Shown here piece after piece: positions 20,453 to 28,711 of a stretch of 64,000 nucleotides of DNA (positions are counted from its first letter, which is position 1; the number at the start of each line of letters is the position of its first letter). The stretch covers positions 64,354-128,353 of the forward strand of contig CAVOGK010000014.1 in NCBI GenBank assembly GCA_963695395.1. Direction: 5' to 3'. This DNA is from an uncultured Thermoleophilia bacterium. Lineage in GTDB: Bacteria; Actinomycetota; Thermoleophilia; UBA2241. Under the pieces are notes generated by a model. It was not told the DNA's origin, searched no databases, and saw only the letters and a program-made list of their open reading frames with translations. A program made the position numbers and the translations under genes.

Positions 20453-21429
20453 CAGGCGGCGATGAGGGCGATGCCGGAGAGTGCCGCCGCCGCGCCGGCC
20501 AGCTGGTGAGGAGCGATCCGCTCGCGCAGCACACCGAAGGCGAGGAGGACCGTGACGACGGGGTAGAGCGAGCCGAGCACGGCGACGAGGCTGAGATAGC
20601 CTTGGGTCGTCGCCAGCGCGAAGAGACCGTTGGCGCCCGTGTCGAGGATCCCGACGGCCACGATGAAGGGCAGCGCGGCACGCTTCACCTTGACGTGGGG
20701 CCGGAGAGCCAGGAAGAGCATCGCGAAGATGGTCGCCGACGAGAGTCGCCCCGCGAGCATGGCCCACAGCGGATCGTAGCGGGCGGTCGCGTCGTAGCCG
20801 ATGAGGACCAGCCCCATGCAGACGGCGGCGGTCAAGGCGAGGGCGACGGCACGCCGCTGGTCCCGGCGCGAGGGGCGCGGCGCATGGCCGGACGGTGCGA
20901 GTTCTGCCTGCAGGCCAGCCTGTCCTGCGCCCTCCGTCGCGTGGAAGAGCGTCGCCGCCTCGGCCGGCTCCACCGCCGGTTCTCCCGGGAGCGCCGCCGC
21001 TCCGATCGTCTCGCCGTCGCGCGCCGGCTCGATCGCGACGAGGATCACGCCCACGGCGGCCATGACGACGCCGGCCAGCTGCACGGTCGTCGGCCGCTCG
21101 CCGGCGGCGATGCCGGCGGCGAAGGGGATCATCGCGTTCATGGCGCTGATCGGCGCCACGATGCTCATCGTTCCGATCGCCAGCGCCTTGTAGAAGAGGG
21201 AGATCGCGACGACGCTGGCGAAACCGCCGAGCATCACCGGCCACACGGCGTGCAGGCCCGGCCAGCTGTGGCCGGTCCCGAGCGTCACCAGCGCCGCCCC
21301 TGCGAGGCCCACGGCCTGACTCCCGATGATGACCGCCCACAGGCTCGCGCGTCGGGTGCTGAGGCCGCCGAGGAAGTCGCCGGATCCCCAGCAGAGCGAC
21401 GCGCCGAGGGCAAGGGCGATGCCGAGCAT
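20452..21429 (-). CDS. EamA/DMT family transporter
   Basis: Ten hydrophobic helices in two EamA-like halves ([11 protein letters not shown]..., [23 protein letters not shown]). Confidence 0.85.
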   Translation of the reverse strand: MLGIALALGASLCWGSGDFLGGLSTRRASLWAVIIGSQAVGLAGAALVTLGTGHSWPGLHAVWPVMLGGFASVVAISLFYKALAIGTMSIVAPISAMNAMIPFAAGIAAGERPTTVQLAGVVMAAVGVILVAIEPARDGETIGAAALPGEPAVEPAEAATLFHATEGAGQAGLQAELAPSGHAPRPSRRDQRRAVALALTAAVCMGLVLIGYDATARYDPLWAMLAGRLSSATIFAMLFLALRPHVKVKRAALPFIVAVGILDTGANGLFALATTQGYLSLVAVLGSLYPVVTVLLAFGVLRERIAPHQLAGAAAALSGIALIAA

Positions 21430-21501
21430 GGCCAGAGGCTATCACGAGGCGGTGATACGCTTGCTGAGGCGCCGCCCGGCGTCCTCGACCGGAGCCGAAC
21501 C

Positions 21502-21861
21502 GTGCCTGGAGCGGTCAACATCCCCGAGAGCAATGAAGCCCTCCTCGCAGAGTGCGAGGTCCAGACCTTCCGCGCCGGAGGCCCAGGCGGCCAGCACCAG
21601 AACGTCACCGACAGCGCCGTGCGGCTGAAGCACCTGCCGACCGGCCTCACGGTCACGTGCCGGGCGCAGAGGAGTCAGTACCTCAACAAGATGGATGCGC
21701 TGCGTCGCCTGCGGCTCAAGCTCAGGAAGCTGAACGAGCCGCCGCCTCCGCCGCGCCGGCCGACGCGGCCGTCACGCGCGGCCAAGGAGCGGCGGCTCGC
21801 CGAGAAGTCGCGCCGGGGCGCCGCCAAGCGCCTGCGCCGCCCCCCCTCCGCCGACGAATAG
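21502..21861 (+). CDS. arfB: alternative ribosome-rescue factor ArfB-like peptidyl-tRNA hydrolase
   Basis: GGQ motif ([12 protein letters not shown]) and basic tail [22 protein letters not shown], like E. coli ArfB. GTG start inferred, so the 5' end is uncertain. Confidence 0.7.
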   Translation: MPGAVNIPESNEALLAECEVQTFRAGGPGGQHQNVTDSAVRLKHLPTGLTVTCRAQRSQYLNKMDALRRLRLKLRKLNEPPPPPRRPTRPSRAAKERRLAEKSRRGAAKRLRRPPSADE

Positions 21862-22040
21862 CCGACGTAGCGGGGCATCGTGGGGTGGGCCGCAGGCGCA
21901 CCGCACAGTAGCCGACGTAGCGGGGCCATCGTGGGGTGGGCCGCAGGCGCACCGCACAGTAGCCGACGTAGCGGGGCCATCGTGGGGTGGGCCGCAGGCG
22001 CACCGCACAGTAGCCGACGTAGCGGGGCCATCGTGGGGTG
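21859..22040. repeat. tandem direct repeat, 50/51-bp unit x about 3.6, each unit with an imperfect hairpin
   Basis: Unit TAGCCGACGTAGCGGGGC(C)ATCGTGGGGTGGGCCGCAGGCGCACCGCACAG starts at 21859, 21909, 21960 and 22011 (the last is partial). The first unit begins with the arfB TAG stop. GGTGGGCC-GCA-GGCGCACC can fold. Confidence 0.9.
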
Positions 22041-22107
22041 CGCCGCCGACGAGCCGGAGACCGGATCGGATGTCGCGGACCAGGCTTATCGCACGCCGGC
22101 CGGCGTG

Positions 22108-22113
22108 TAGAGT
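22108..22113 (+). promoter_or_regulatory. putative -10 box (TAGAGT) for a leaderless tauE-like transcript
   Basis: TAGAGT ends 8 nt before ATG 22122. There is no SD in between. Confidence 0.35.
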
Positions 22114-22121
22114 AGGCGCCG

Positions 22122-22934
22122 ATGACAGTCATCGTCGGCATCCTCCTGGTCGCCTTCCTGGCCGGCGTCTTTGGCAGCATGCTCGGCGTGGGCGGCGGTG
22201 TCATCATGGTCCCGGTCCTCAGCCTCGCGTTCGGCGTGCCCATCAAGACGGCCATCGCGACGAGCATCGTCTGCGTGATCGCCACCTCGTCGATGGCCCA
22301 GACGACCTTCGCCGCCCGTGGCATGACCAATATGCGCCTCGGCATGTTCCTCGAGGTCGCCACCACGGTCGGCGCGATCGCCGGCGGCGTGACCGCGGTG
22401 CTCATCGACGGCCGCATCCTGCAGGGCTGCTTCGCCGCCGTACTCTTCTACGTGGCCTGGCAGATGAGCCGCCGAGGCGCCGACGTCCCGCCGGTGGAGA
22501 CGGGCGTGATGCCGTCACGGTACTACGACCCGGCAGAGGGCCGTGAGATCAGCTACGGGGTTCACGGCCTGTTGCCCGGCTTCGTCCTGTCGCTGGCGGC
22601 CGGCAACGTCTCCGGCCTCCTCGGCGTCGGCGGCGGTGCGTTCAAGGTGCCCATCATGCGTCTGCTCATGGGCGTGCCGCTCAAGGCGACGATCGCGACC
22701 AGCAACCTCATGATCGGGGTGACGGCCGCGACCGGCGCCGCGATCTTCTACGGCCGTGGCTACATGGATCCATATTGGGCCGTCCCGGCGGTCCTGGGCA
22801 TCCTCGCCGGCGCGCTGCTCGGTCCACGGCTGGCGATCCGCTTGCGTACCCGGGTCCTCGTGATTCTCTTCGAGGCCGTTCTCGCCGTCTTCGGCGTGTT
22901 GATGCTGTTGCAGGCCATGGGGGTGGGACTGTGA
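22122..22934 (+). CDS. TauE/SafE family sulfite/anion exporter
   Basis: LGVGGGVIMVPVL and LGVGGGAFKVPIM repeats are typical of DUF81/TauE. Confidence 0.85.
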   Translation: MTVIVGILLVAFLAGVFGSMLGVGGGVIMVPVLSLAFGVPIKTAIATSIVCVIATSSMAQTTFAARGMTNMRLGMFLEVATTVGAIAGGVTAVLIDGRILQGCFAAVLFYVAWQMSRRGADVPPVETGVMPSRYYDPAEGREISYGVHGLLPGFVLSLAAGNVSGLLGVGGGAFKVPIMRLLMGVPLKATIATSNLMIGVTAATGAAIFYGRGYMDPYWAVPAVLGILAGALLGPRLAIRLRTRVLVILFEAVLAVFGVLMLLQAMGVGL

Positions 22935-23353
22935 GCGCCGATCAGCGGGCAGACGGGCCGGCGGCCGGCCCCCGTGGCGCCGACGGCGCCGGCGAGGCGG
23001 GCGCGCCCGCGCGGCACATCATGGACCCGGTGGAGCGCACGGTGCGCAGGATCCTCATGGGGGGGATCGCCGTCAGCGTGGTGTTCATGGCGATCGGCCT
23101 CGTCCTCGGCGCCCTCCACGGAGACGGCCTGCCCTCAGGAGTCGTTCCGCTCGCCGACCTGGCTTCGCGGCTGGGCGACGCCGACCCGGCCGCCTATCTC
23201 TCGCTGGGCCTGATCGTCCTCATCGCGACGCCGTTCGTACGCGTCGCCGCGTCCATCGTCGTGTTCACGCTCGAAGGTGATCGGCGCTACGCATCGATCA
23301 CAGCGGTCGTGCTGGGGATCATGTGCGTGAGCGTCGTGCTCGGCAAGGTCTGA
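22931..23353 (+). CDS. DUF1634 domain membrane protein (TauE partner)
   Basis: GTG overlaps the TauE stop (GTGA). Three helices and LIATPFVRVAASIVVFTLEGDRRY are typical of DUF1634. Usual genomic pairing with TauE. Confidence 0.65.
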   Translation: MSADQRADGPAAGPRGADGAGEAGAPARHIMDPVERTVRRILMGGIAVSVVFMAIGLVLGALHGDGLPSGVVPLADLASRLGDADPAAYLSLGLIVLIATPFVRVAASIVVFTLEGDRRYASITAVVLGIMCVSVVLGKV

Positions 23354-23408
23354 CGGACGACGGCTGCGACGAGTCCGGCTCGCGGCCGGGAGGCCCGCGG
23401 CGGCGGCG

Positions 23409-24668
23409 CTACAGGGCGCAGTCGAGGCCGGCGTCGAGACCGCGGACGGCGGCGGCGGCGCGCCGGCCGGAGACCATGGCACCCTGGATCGACGCCGTGT
23501 CACGGTGATCGCCGCAGACGAACAGGCCCTCACGCAGGCGCGCCGGCCGCTCCGCCGTCGCGAGCGCGGCCGGCGGTTGTGCCGGGAGAGCGAAGGGGAT
23601 GCGCTGCACGCGCAACAGCTTCCAGCCCTCCACCTGCCCTCCGAACCAGCGGCGAAGCTGTTCGCGGGCGGCGCCGTCGAGCGCCTCGTCAGAGAGCGCC
23701 GGCACGCCGAGCACGGTGGCCGAGACCAGCGCCGCCCCGGGCGGCGCGTAGCTCGGCGCGACGTCACTGGGCACGCAGAGGTCGTTGACCGGGCCGTGCC
23801 CGTCGCCGTCGAGCACGAGGACCGGCTCGCCGACGGGCGATCGCTCGGCCGCGTAGTGGAGGTTCGTCACGGCCCGGGGCGCCGGCGCCTCGACGGCGCC
23901 GGTCAGGCGGGCCGCCTCTGGTCCGTCCGCCGCGACGACCACGGACGAGGCGGTGAGTCGCTCGCCGCCGGCGAGGACCACCTCTCCCGGCCGGGCGGAT
24001 TCGACGGTCGCGTCGAGGCGAATGGCCGCCTCCGGCAGACCCGCGGCCAGCTGACGAGGGATCGCCTCCATGCCGGCGACCGGCAGCGCCGCCTCGCCCT
24101 CGGCGAAGAGCTTGAAGACGAAGGCGAAGAGTCGGCTCGATGTCTCCAGGGAGGAGTCGAGGAAGATGCCGCCGAGGAACGGCCGGAAGAAGGAGTCGAC
24201 GAACTCCGGCGAGAACCCGTCGCGCCGCAGCGCCTCGGCGGTCGTGACCTGCGGCGCGGTGAGGATCTCGTTCAGCGAGAAGCGCGAGAGCCTGGACCGA
24301 AGCCGCGCGACCCGGAGCTTGTCGGGGATGCCGCGGGGGGAGTCGCGAAGGCTCGCGAAGCCCTTGAACGGGTGCCGGAAGGGGTCGGCGATCCGCGTGA
24401 AGCGGTCCCCGCGCCGGATCAGGGCGCCGCTCTCGAACGGGCGCAGACGCAGACGCTCGTAGTCGAGCACGCGGCGCGCCTCTGGATACGCGGTGAGGAG
24501 CACCTGGAAGCCGCGGTCGAGCAGGAACCCGTCGACGACGTCGGTGCGCACGCGCCCGCCCGGCTCGTCGCCCCGCTCGAGGACGAGGACGTCGAGCCCG
24601 GCGGCATGAAGTTCACGGGCGCAGCAGAGACCGGCGAGGCCCGCGCCCACGACGATGACGTCAGGCAT
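23409..24668 (-). CDS. NAD(P)/FAD-dependent oxidoreductase (amine oxidase / phytoene desaturase-like)
   Basis: VIVVGAGLAGLCCARELHAAGLDVLVLERGDEPGGRV dinucleotide-binding fold. C-terminal GDHRDTASIQGAMVSG. Confidence 0.8.
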   Translation of the reverse strand: MPDVIVVGAGLAGLCCARELHAAGLDVLVLERGDEPGGRVRTDVVDGFLLDRGFQVLLTAYPEARRVLDYERLRLRPFESGALIRRGDRFTRIADPFRHPFKGFASLRDSPRGIPDKLRVARLRSRLSRFSLNEILTAPQVTTAEALRRDGFSPEFVDSFFRPFLGGIFLDSSLETSSRLFAFVFKLFAEGEAALPVAGMEAIPRQLAAGLPEAAIRLDATVESARPGEVVLAGGERLTASSVVVAADGPEAARLTGAVEAPAPRAVTNLHYAAERSPVGEPVLVLDGDGHGPVNDLCVPSDVAPSYAPPGAALVSATVLGVPALSDEALDGAAREQLRRWFGGQVEGWKLLRVQRIPFALPAQPPAALATAERPARLREGLFVCGDHRDTASIQGAMVSGRRAAAAVRGLDAGLDCAL

Positions 24669-24822
24669 CAGCGCTGAGACCTCCCCCGCACTGTCGCTGT
24701 CTGCTCAGGAGCCACCATCCTCGCCGGTTCGAAGGCAGTATACCCGGGCCCGCGGAGCGCTCCGGGCGTCCTCTCCTCTGGCGCTCGGCAGATCGACGCT
24801 TGGCGCCGCCGCAGTCGCTGCG

Positions 24823-26649
24823 TTACCCGGTGGTCTCGCTCCTGCCGCTGCGGCGCACGAGCACCACGACCAGCACGATCACGATGATCGCGACGATGAC
24901 GCCGATGACCACGTACAGCGTGCTCGAGGAGCTGCTCGTCGTCTCGGTCGCCGCCGTCTTCGGGTGCACCTGCACGTAGGTGTCGACGTTGTCGTTCTGC
25001 AGCACGACCCGGCCGGTGTCGCCCGGGTAGGGGACCCAGCCCTCCCACTTGTCGCTGTTGTAGGCGATCAGCGTCTGCGGGTAGTAGAGCACCACGTAGG
25101 GCGCATCGTCGTAGAAGATCTGCTGCATGCGCTGGACCTGCTGCTCGCGCGACGCCGGGTCCATCTCCGCGTCCTGCTGGTCGTAGAGGCTGTCGAACTC
25201 CGCGTTCGACCAGCAGGCGTCGTTCCACCACTCGATCTGGGATGAGATGAAGGAGCCGAGCTGGTAGCCCGGATCGGCGGTGCCACCCCAGCCCCAGATG
25301 AACAGGTCGTAGTTCGGGGCGTAGGCGTCACCCTTGTAGGCGTAGATGCCGTCGTTGATCGTGCCGTCGTTCTCGACGCTGAGGACGATATTCAGGCCGA
25401 GCTCCTCGAATGACCCCGCGATCAGCTTGCCGGCTCGCTGCTGCTCTGGCGACTCACTCCGGGTCCAGAGCCGCAGCTCGATGGGCTTGCCGCTCTTGTC
25501 CTCCCTGGCGCCGTCGCCGTCCGAGTCCATGTAGCCGGCCTCGTCGAGCAGCTGGGCGGCCTTCTCCATGTCGTAGCCGAACGTCTCCTCCGGCGGCGGC
25601 GTCCAGGCGTAGTCGGTGAACGGCCCGATGATCGACTGGCCGACGGATCCGTAGCCGCTGAGGGCCGTGTCGATGATCTTCTGTTTGTCCACGGCCCAGC
25701 TGATCGCCTGGCGGAACTTGAGGTCGCGCAGCACTGGGTTCGCCTGCGAGTCGTCGCTGTCGTAGACGTTCATGGCCAGCTCGACGAAGTACCGGAAGAG
25801 GGCCGGCTCGGCCGTGATGCCGGGTTCGTTCTGCATGGCGTCGAACTGTGGCGCCGGCAGGTCGACCGCGACGTCGATGGCGCCGCTCTTCAGGTCCATC
25901 GCCATGGTGTCCTGGTTGGTGTAGATCTCGAGGATCGCCTCATCGACCTTGGGGGCGCCCCTCCAGTAGTCCTTGTTGGCGGCGAAGCGGATGTACGAGC
26001 CCTTCTTGACCTCGATCGTCTGGAAGGGGCCGGAGCCGATGACCGGCGGCTGAGAGTTGTACGTGCCGGCCTTGTCGCCCGGGATCTTGCTCCAGATGTG
26101 CTCCGGGACGATCGGTATCCACAGGCGCAGCATGGTGGCCTTCGGCTTCTTGAGGTTGAACACCACGGTGGCGTCGTCGACGGCCTCGGCGTTCTTGATG
26201 TTCACCGTGCTGCTCGTGTACGCCGTGAGCTCATTGTCGATGATGTAGTTGTAGGTGAAGGCGACGTCCGAGGCGGTCAGCGGCTCGCCGTCGTGCCAGG
26301 TGATGCCGGGATGGATCTTGAACGTCCAGGTCAGACCGTCCTCGGACGATTCCCAGCTGTCGGCGATCTCGGGGCGGATCTCGCCGTCGGGCGCGTAGCC
26401 GACGAGCATGTCGTAGTTCAGGTGGAACATCTCGTAGGCCGCGACGGTCACGCCGGCGAACGGGTTGAGACTGTCGATGTCCTGCAGTGTGCCGACGCGG
26501 AGCACGACCTTGTCCGCGGCGGGCGACGGCGACGAGCTCGCTCCGGCCATCGTGGAGATGCCCCAGATCAGGCCACAGGCCGTGATCGCCGTGAGTACGA
26601 GCAGTCCGATCCTGGCGTGCCTGCGGCGCCCCGTGCGTCCACCCATCAT
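24823..26649 (-). CDS. ABC transporter substrate-binding protein, family 5 (peptide/nickel type), with a C-terminal TM anchor
   Basis: IADSWESSEDGLTWTFKIHPGITWHDGEPLTASDV family-5 motif. N-terminal lipobox-like LTAITAC. C-terminal STLYVVIGVIVAIIVIVLVVVLVRR. Start taken at MMGGRTG. Confidence 0.85.
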   Translation of the reverse strand: MMGGRTGRRRHARIGLLVLTAITACGLIWGISTMAGASSSPSPAADKVVLRVGTLQDIDSLNPFAGVTVAAYEMFHLNYDMLVGYAPDGEIRPEIADSWESSEDGLTWTFKIHPGITWHDGEPLTASDVAFTYNYIIDNELTAYTSSTVNIKNAEAVDDATVVFNLKKPKATMLRLWIPIVPEHIWSKIPGDKAGTYNSQPPVIGSGPFQTIEVKKGSYIRFAANKDYWRGAPKVDEAILEIYTNQDTMAMDLKSGAIDVAVDLPAPQFDAMQNEPGITAEPALFRYFVELAMNVYDSDDSQANPVLRDLKFRQAISWAVDKQKIIDTALSGYGSVGQSIIGPFTDYAWTPPPEETFGYDMEKAAQLLDEAGYMDSDGDGAREDKSGKPIELRLWTRSESPEQQRAGKLIAGSFEELGLNIVLSVENDGTINDGIYAYKGDAYAPNYDLFIWGWGGTADPGYQLGSFISSQIEWWNDACWSNAEFDSLYDQQDAEMDPASREQQVQRMQQIFYDDAPYVVLYYPQTLIAYNSDKWEGWVPYPGDTGRVVLQNDNVDTYVQVHPKTAATETTSSSSSTLYVVIGVIVAIIVIVLVVVLVRRSGRSETTG

Positions 26650-26992
26650 GAATCCCCCTGTCGCTGCCTGCGATCCGTCCGGATCTCCGTCACAACACCG
26701 GCTCCCACAGCTCACGCGCCTCTCGTGCGCGCGGGCCAAGGTCCACGCTACGCGTGGGAGCCGGTCGCCGTCAAGGTTGTCGAAGGACGTGCGGTGACTC
26801 AACGAGTTGAACGACGGTCGTCCGTTCGCGTGGCATCCTCACAGGAGGCCGTCCTTTGCTGCGCACGCGGCGCCGGAGAGTCCGCGTGTGCCACCCCGCC
26901 GCGCGCTTGTCGCCGGCCTCGCCGCATCGGTAGAGTCGTATCGTCGGCGCTGCGCCGTGCCCGCCAGCAGGAACACGCCCCCGGGGGTCGAG

Positions 26993-28711
26993 ATGTCTGA
27001 GCTGGGTCGCTCTTCACAGCACCAGGACGGCCTGCGCGAGTCCGCGGCCGACCGGCCGTCGGCTGAAGCCGTCGCCAAGGCCGTGCAAACCCTGCTCGAC
27101 GACCTCGTCACCGACGACCCCGTGCTCGGCACGGCGGTGGGCCTTGCGGACGGCGCCGGCCGGCTTCCGTCGTGGTCGCCGGCGGCGCTTGCGCGCCGCC
27201 GCGAACTGCTGCACGAGCATGAGCGGCGCCTCACACCGCTGCTGGCCGCGCCGGACACCGGCGCGGCCGTGGACGCGTTCGCCGCCCTGCAGGTGGTGCG
27301 CCGGCGGCTGCGCGCGCTCGAGCTGCGCCGGGTCGCGCAGCGGCACCCCGGCGCCGTCCTCGAGGTGGTCGCCGGCGTCTTCCCGCTGCTGGTGCGGGAG
27401 CTGGGTTCACCGGACGAGCGCGTCGACGCGCTCGCGAGCAGGCTGGGAGCCGTCCCCGCGCTCCTGGCCGAGGCGCGGGAGGCCCTTGAGCCTGGCCTCC
27501 CGGCTGTCGCGGTGGAGAACGGGGTCGCCTTCGCGGAAGACCTCCTCGGCCTCGTCGGCCCCACGGCGCGCGCGTTCGCCGCTTCGGTGGGCCGGGACGG
27601 CGCGGTGGACGCGCCGTCGGTCGCCGCGGCGGCGGCGCTCGAGGCGTACCGGGACCACCTCCGCGACGATCTGGCTCCCACGGCGTCGGATGCATGCGGC
27701 GCGGGGCGCGACGTCCTCGAGGACGTGCTTCGCTGGGAACATGTGCTCGAGGAGCTGCCCGAGGATCTCGCCGCCTACGGCCGCGAGATGATCGCCGAGA
27801 CGAAGGCGGCCATGGAGGCGCTGGCCGCGGCGGCTGGCTACGCCGACGCCGCGGCCGCCGTCGCGGCCGCCCAGTCCGCCACGCCGGCTGCGAACGAGCT
27901 CGTCGACGCCTACCGGTGCGCCGTCGCCGAGGCGCGCGCCTTCGTCGTCGGCCACGACATCGTGGGGCTGCCCGAGGACGAGGAGCTCGAGGTGGTGGCC
28001 ACCCCCGCCTTCCTGCGCGGCGTCCTGCCTTTCGCCGCCTACGACGCGCCGGGCCCCTTTGCGGAGCGCCAACTGGGCTTCTACTACGTCACGCCGCCGC
28101 CGGACGGCCTTGCCGACGAGGAGGTGCGCGCCATCCTGCGCGGCCACTCGCTGGCCTCGTTGAGCACGACCGGGGTCCACGAGGCCTACCCCGGCCACCA
28201 CCTGCAGCTGGTGAGCGCCAACCACGCGCCGACACTGGCGCGCCGTATCGCCGCCATGCCCGACGGCGGGAACCTGCTCATCGAGGGCTGGGCGTTCTAC
28301 TGTGAGGAGCTCATGGACCGGGAGGGGTTCCTCGATGACCCCGTCACCCGCCTCGTGCGCCTGAACGACCAGGTGTGGCGCGCGTGTCGCGTGGTGATCG
28401 ACGTGGAGCTTCACCTTGGCATCATGGGGCTGGATGAGGCCGTCGACCTGCTGGTGCGCGAGGCGAGCATGAACCGGCGCGAGGCGGAGCTGGAGTGCCG
28501 GCGCTACGCCGAGGATCCCGGGCAGGCGATGAGCTACCTGCTGGGCAAACGCGAGGTGGTGCGACTGGTAGAGACCTGGATGGGCGACCGCGGCGGGACG
28601 CTGCGCGCCTTCCACGACGAACTGCTCTCGTGGGGATCGCTGCCGCCGGCCGTGATCGCGTGGGGCATGGGGCTGGGCGCCCGCCCGGCTGCGGCGCGGA
28701 TCAGCTCCTGA
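26993..28711 (+). CDS. DUF885 domain protein (putative metallopeptidase-like)
   Basis: GVHEAYPGHHLQL motif and overall length match DUF885. Start taken at MSELGRS. Confidence 0.75.
   Translation: MSELGRSSQHQDGLRESAADRPSAEAVAKAVQTLLDDLVTDDPVLGTAVGLADGAGRLPSWSPAALARRRELLHEHERRLTPLLAAPDTGAAVDAFAALQVVRRRLRALELRRVAQRHPGAVLEVVAGVFPLLVRELGSPDERVDALASRLGAVPALLAEAREALEPGLPAVAVENGVAFAEDLLGLVGPTARAFAASVGRDGAVDAPSVAAAAALEAYRDHLRDDLAPTASDACGAGRDVLEDVLRWEHVLEELPEDLAAYGREMIAETKAAMEALAAAAGYADAAAAVAAAQSATPAANELVDAYRCAVAEARAFVVGHDIVGLPEDEELEVVATPAFLRGVLPFAAYDAPGPFAERQLGFYYVTPPPDGLADEEVRAILRGHSLASLSTTGVHEAYPGHHLQLVSANHAPTLARRIAAMPDGGNLLIEGWAFYCEELMDREGFLDDPVTRLVRLNDQVWRACRVVIDVELHLGIMGLDEAVDLLVREASMNRREAELECRRYAEDPGQAMSYLLGKREVVRLVETWMGDRGGTLRAFHDELLSWGSLPPAVIAWGMGLGARPAAARISS

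Noticed and set aside
19469-21445. 658-aa ORF treated as one gene.
   Set aside because: Only its C-terminal 327 residues (from MTRVATIE) look like a real HhH-GPD protein. The upstream part overlaps the EamA transporter gene in another frame.
21859-22040. Possible CRISPR array.
   Set aside because: The repeat units are directly adjacent with no spacers. The units are 50-51 bp, and there are no cas genes in the window.
21675-22417. Minus-strand ORFs encoding repeated MAPLRRLLCGAPAAHPT / PRWPRYVGYCAVRLRPT peptides.
   Set aside because: The repeated peptides are just translations of the 51-bp DNA tandem repeat. The ORFs run antisense into the tauE-like gene and have no start context.
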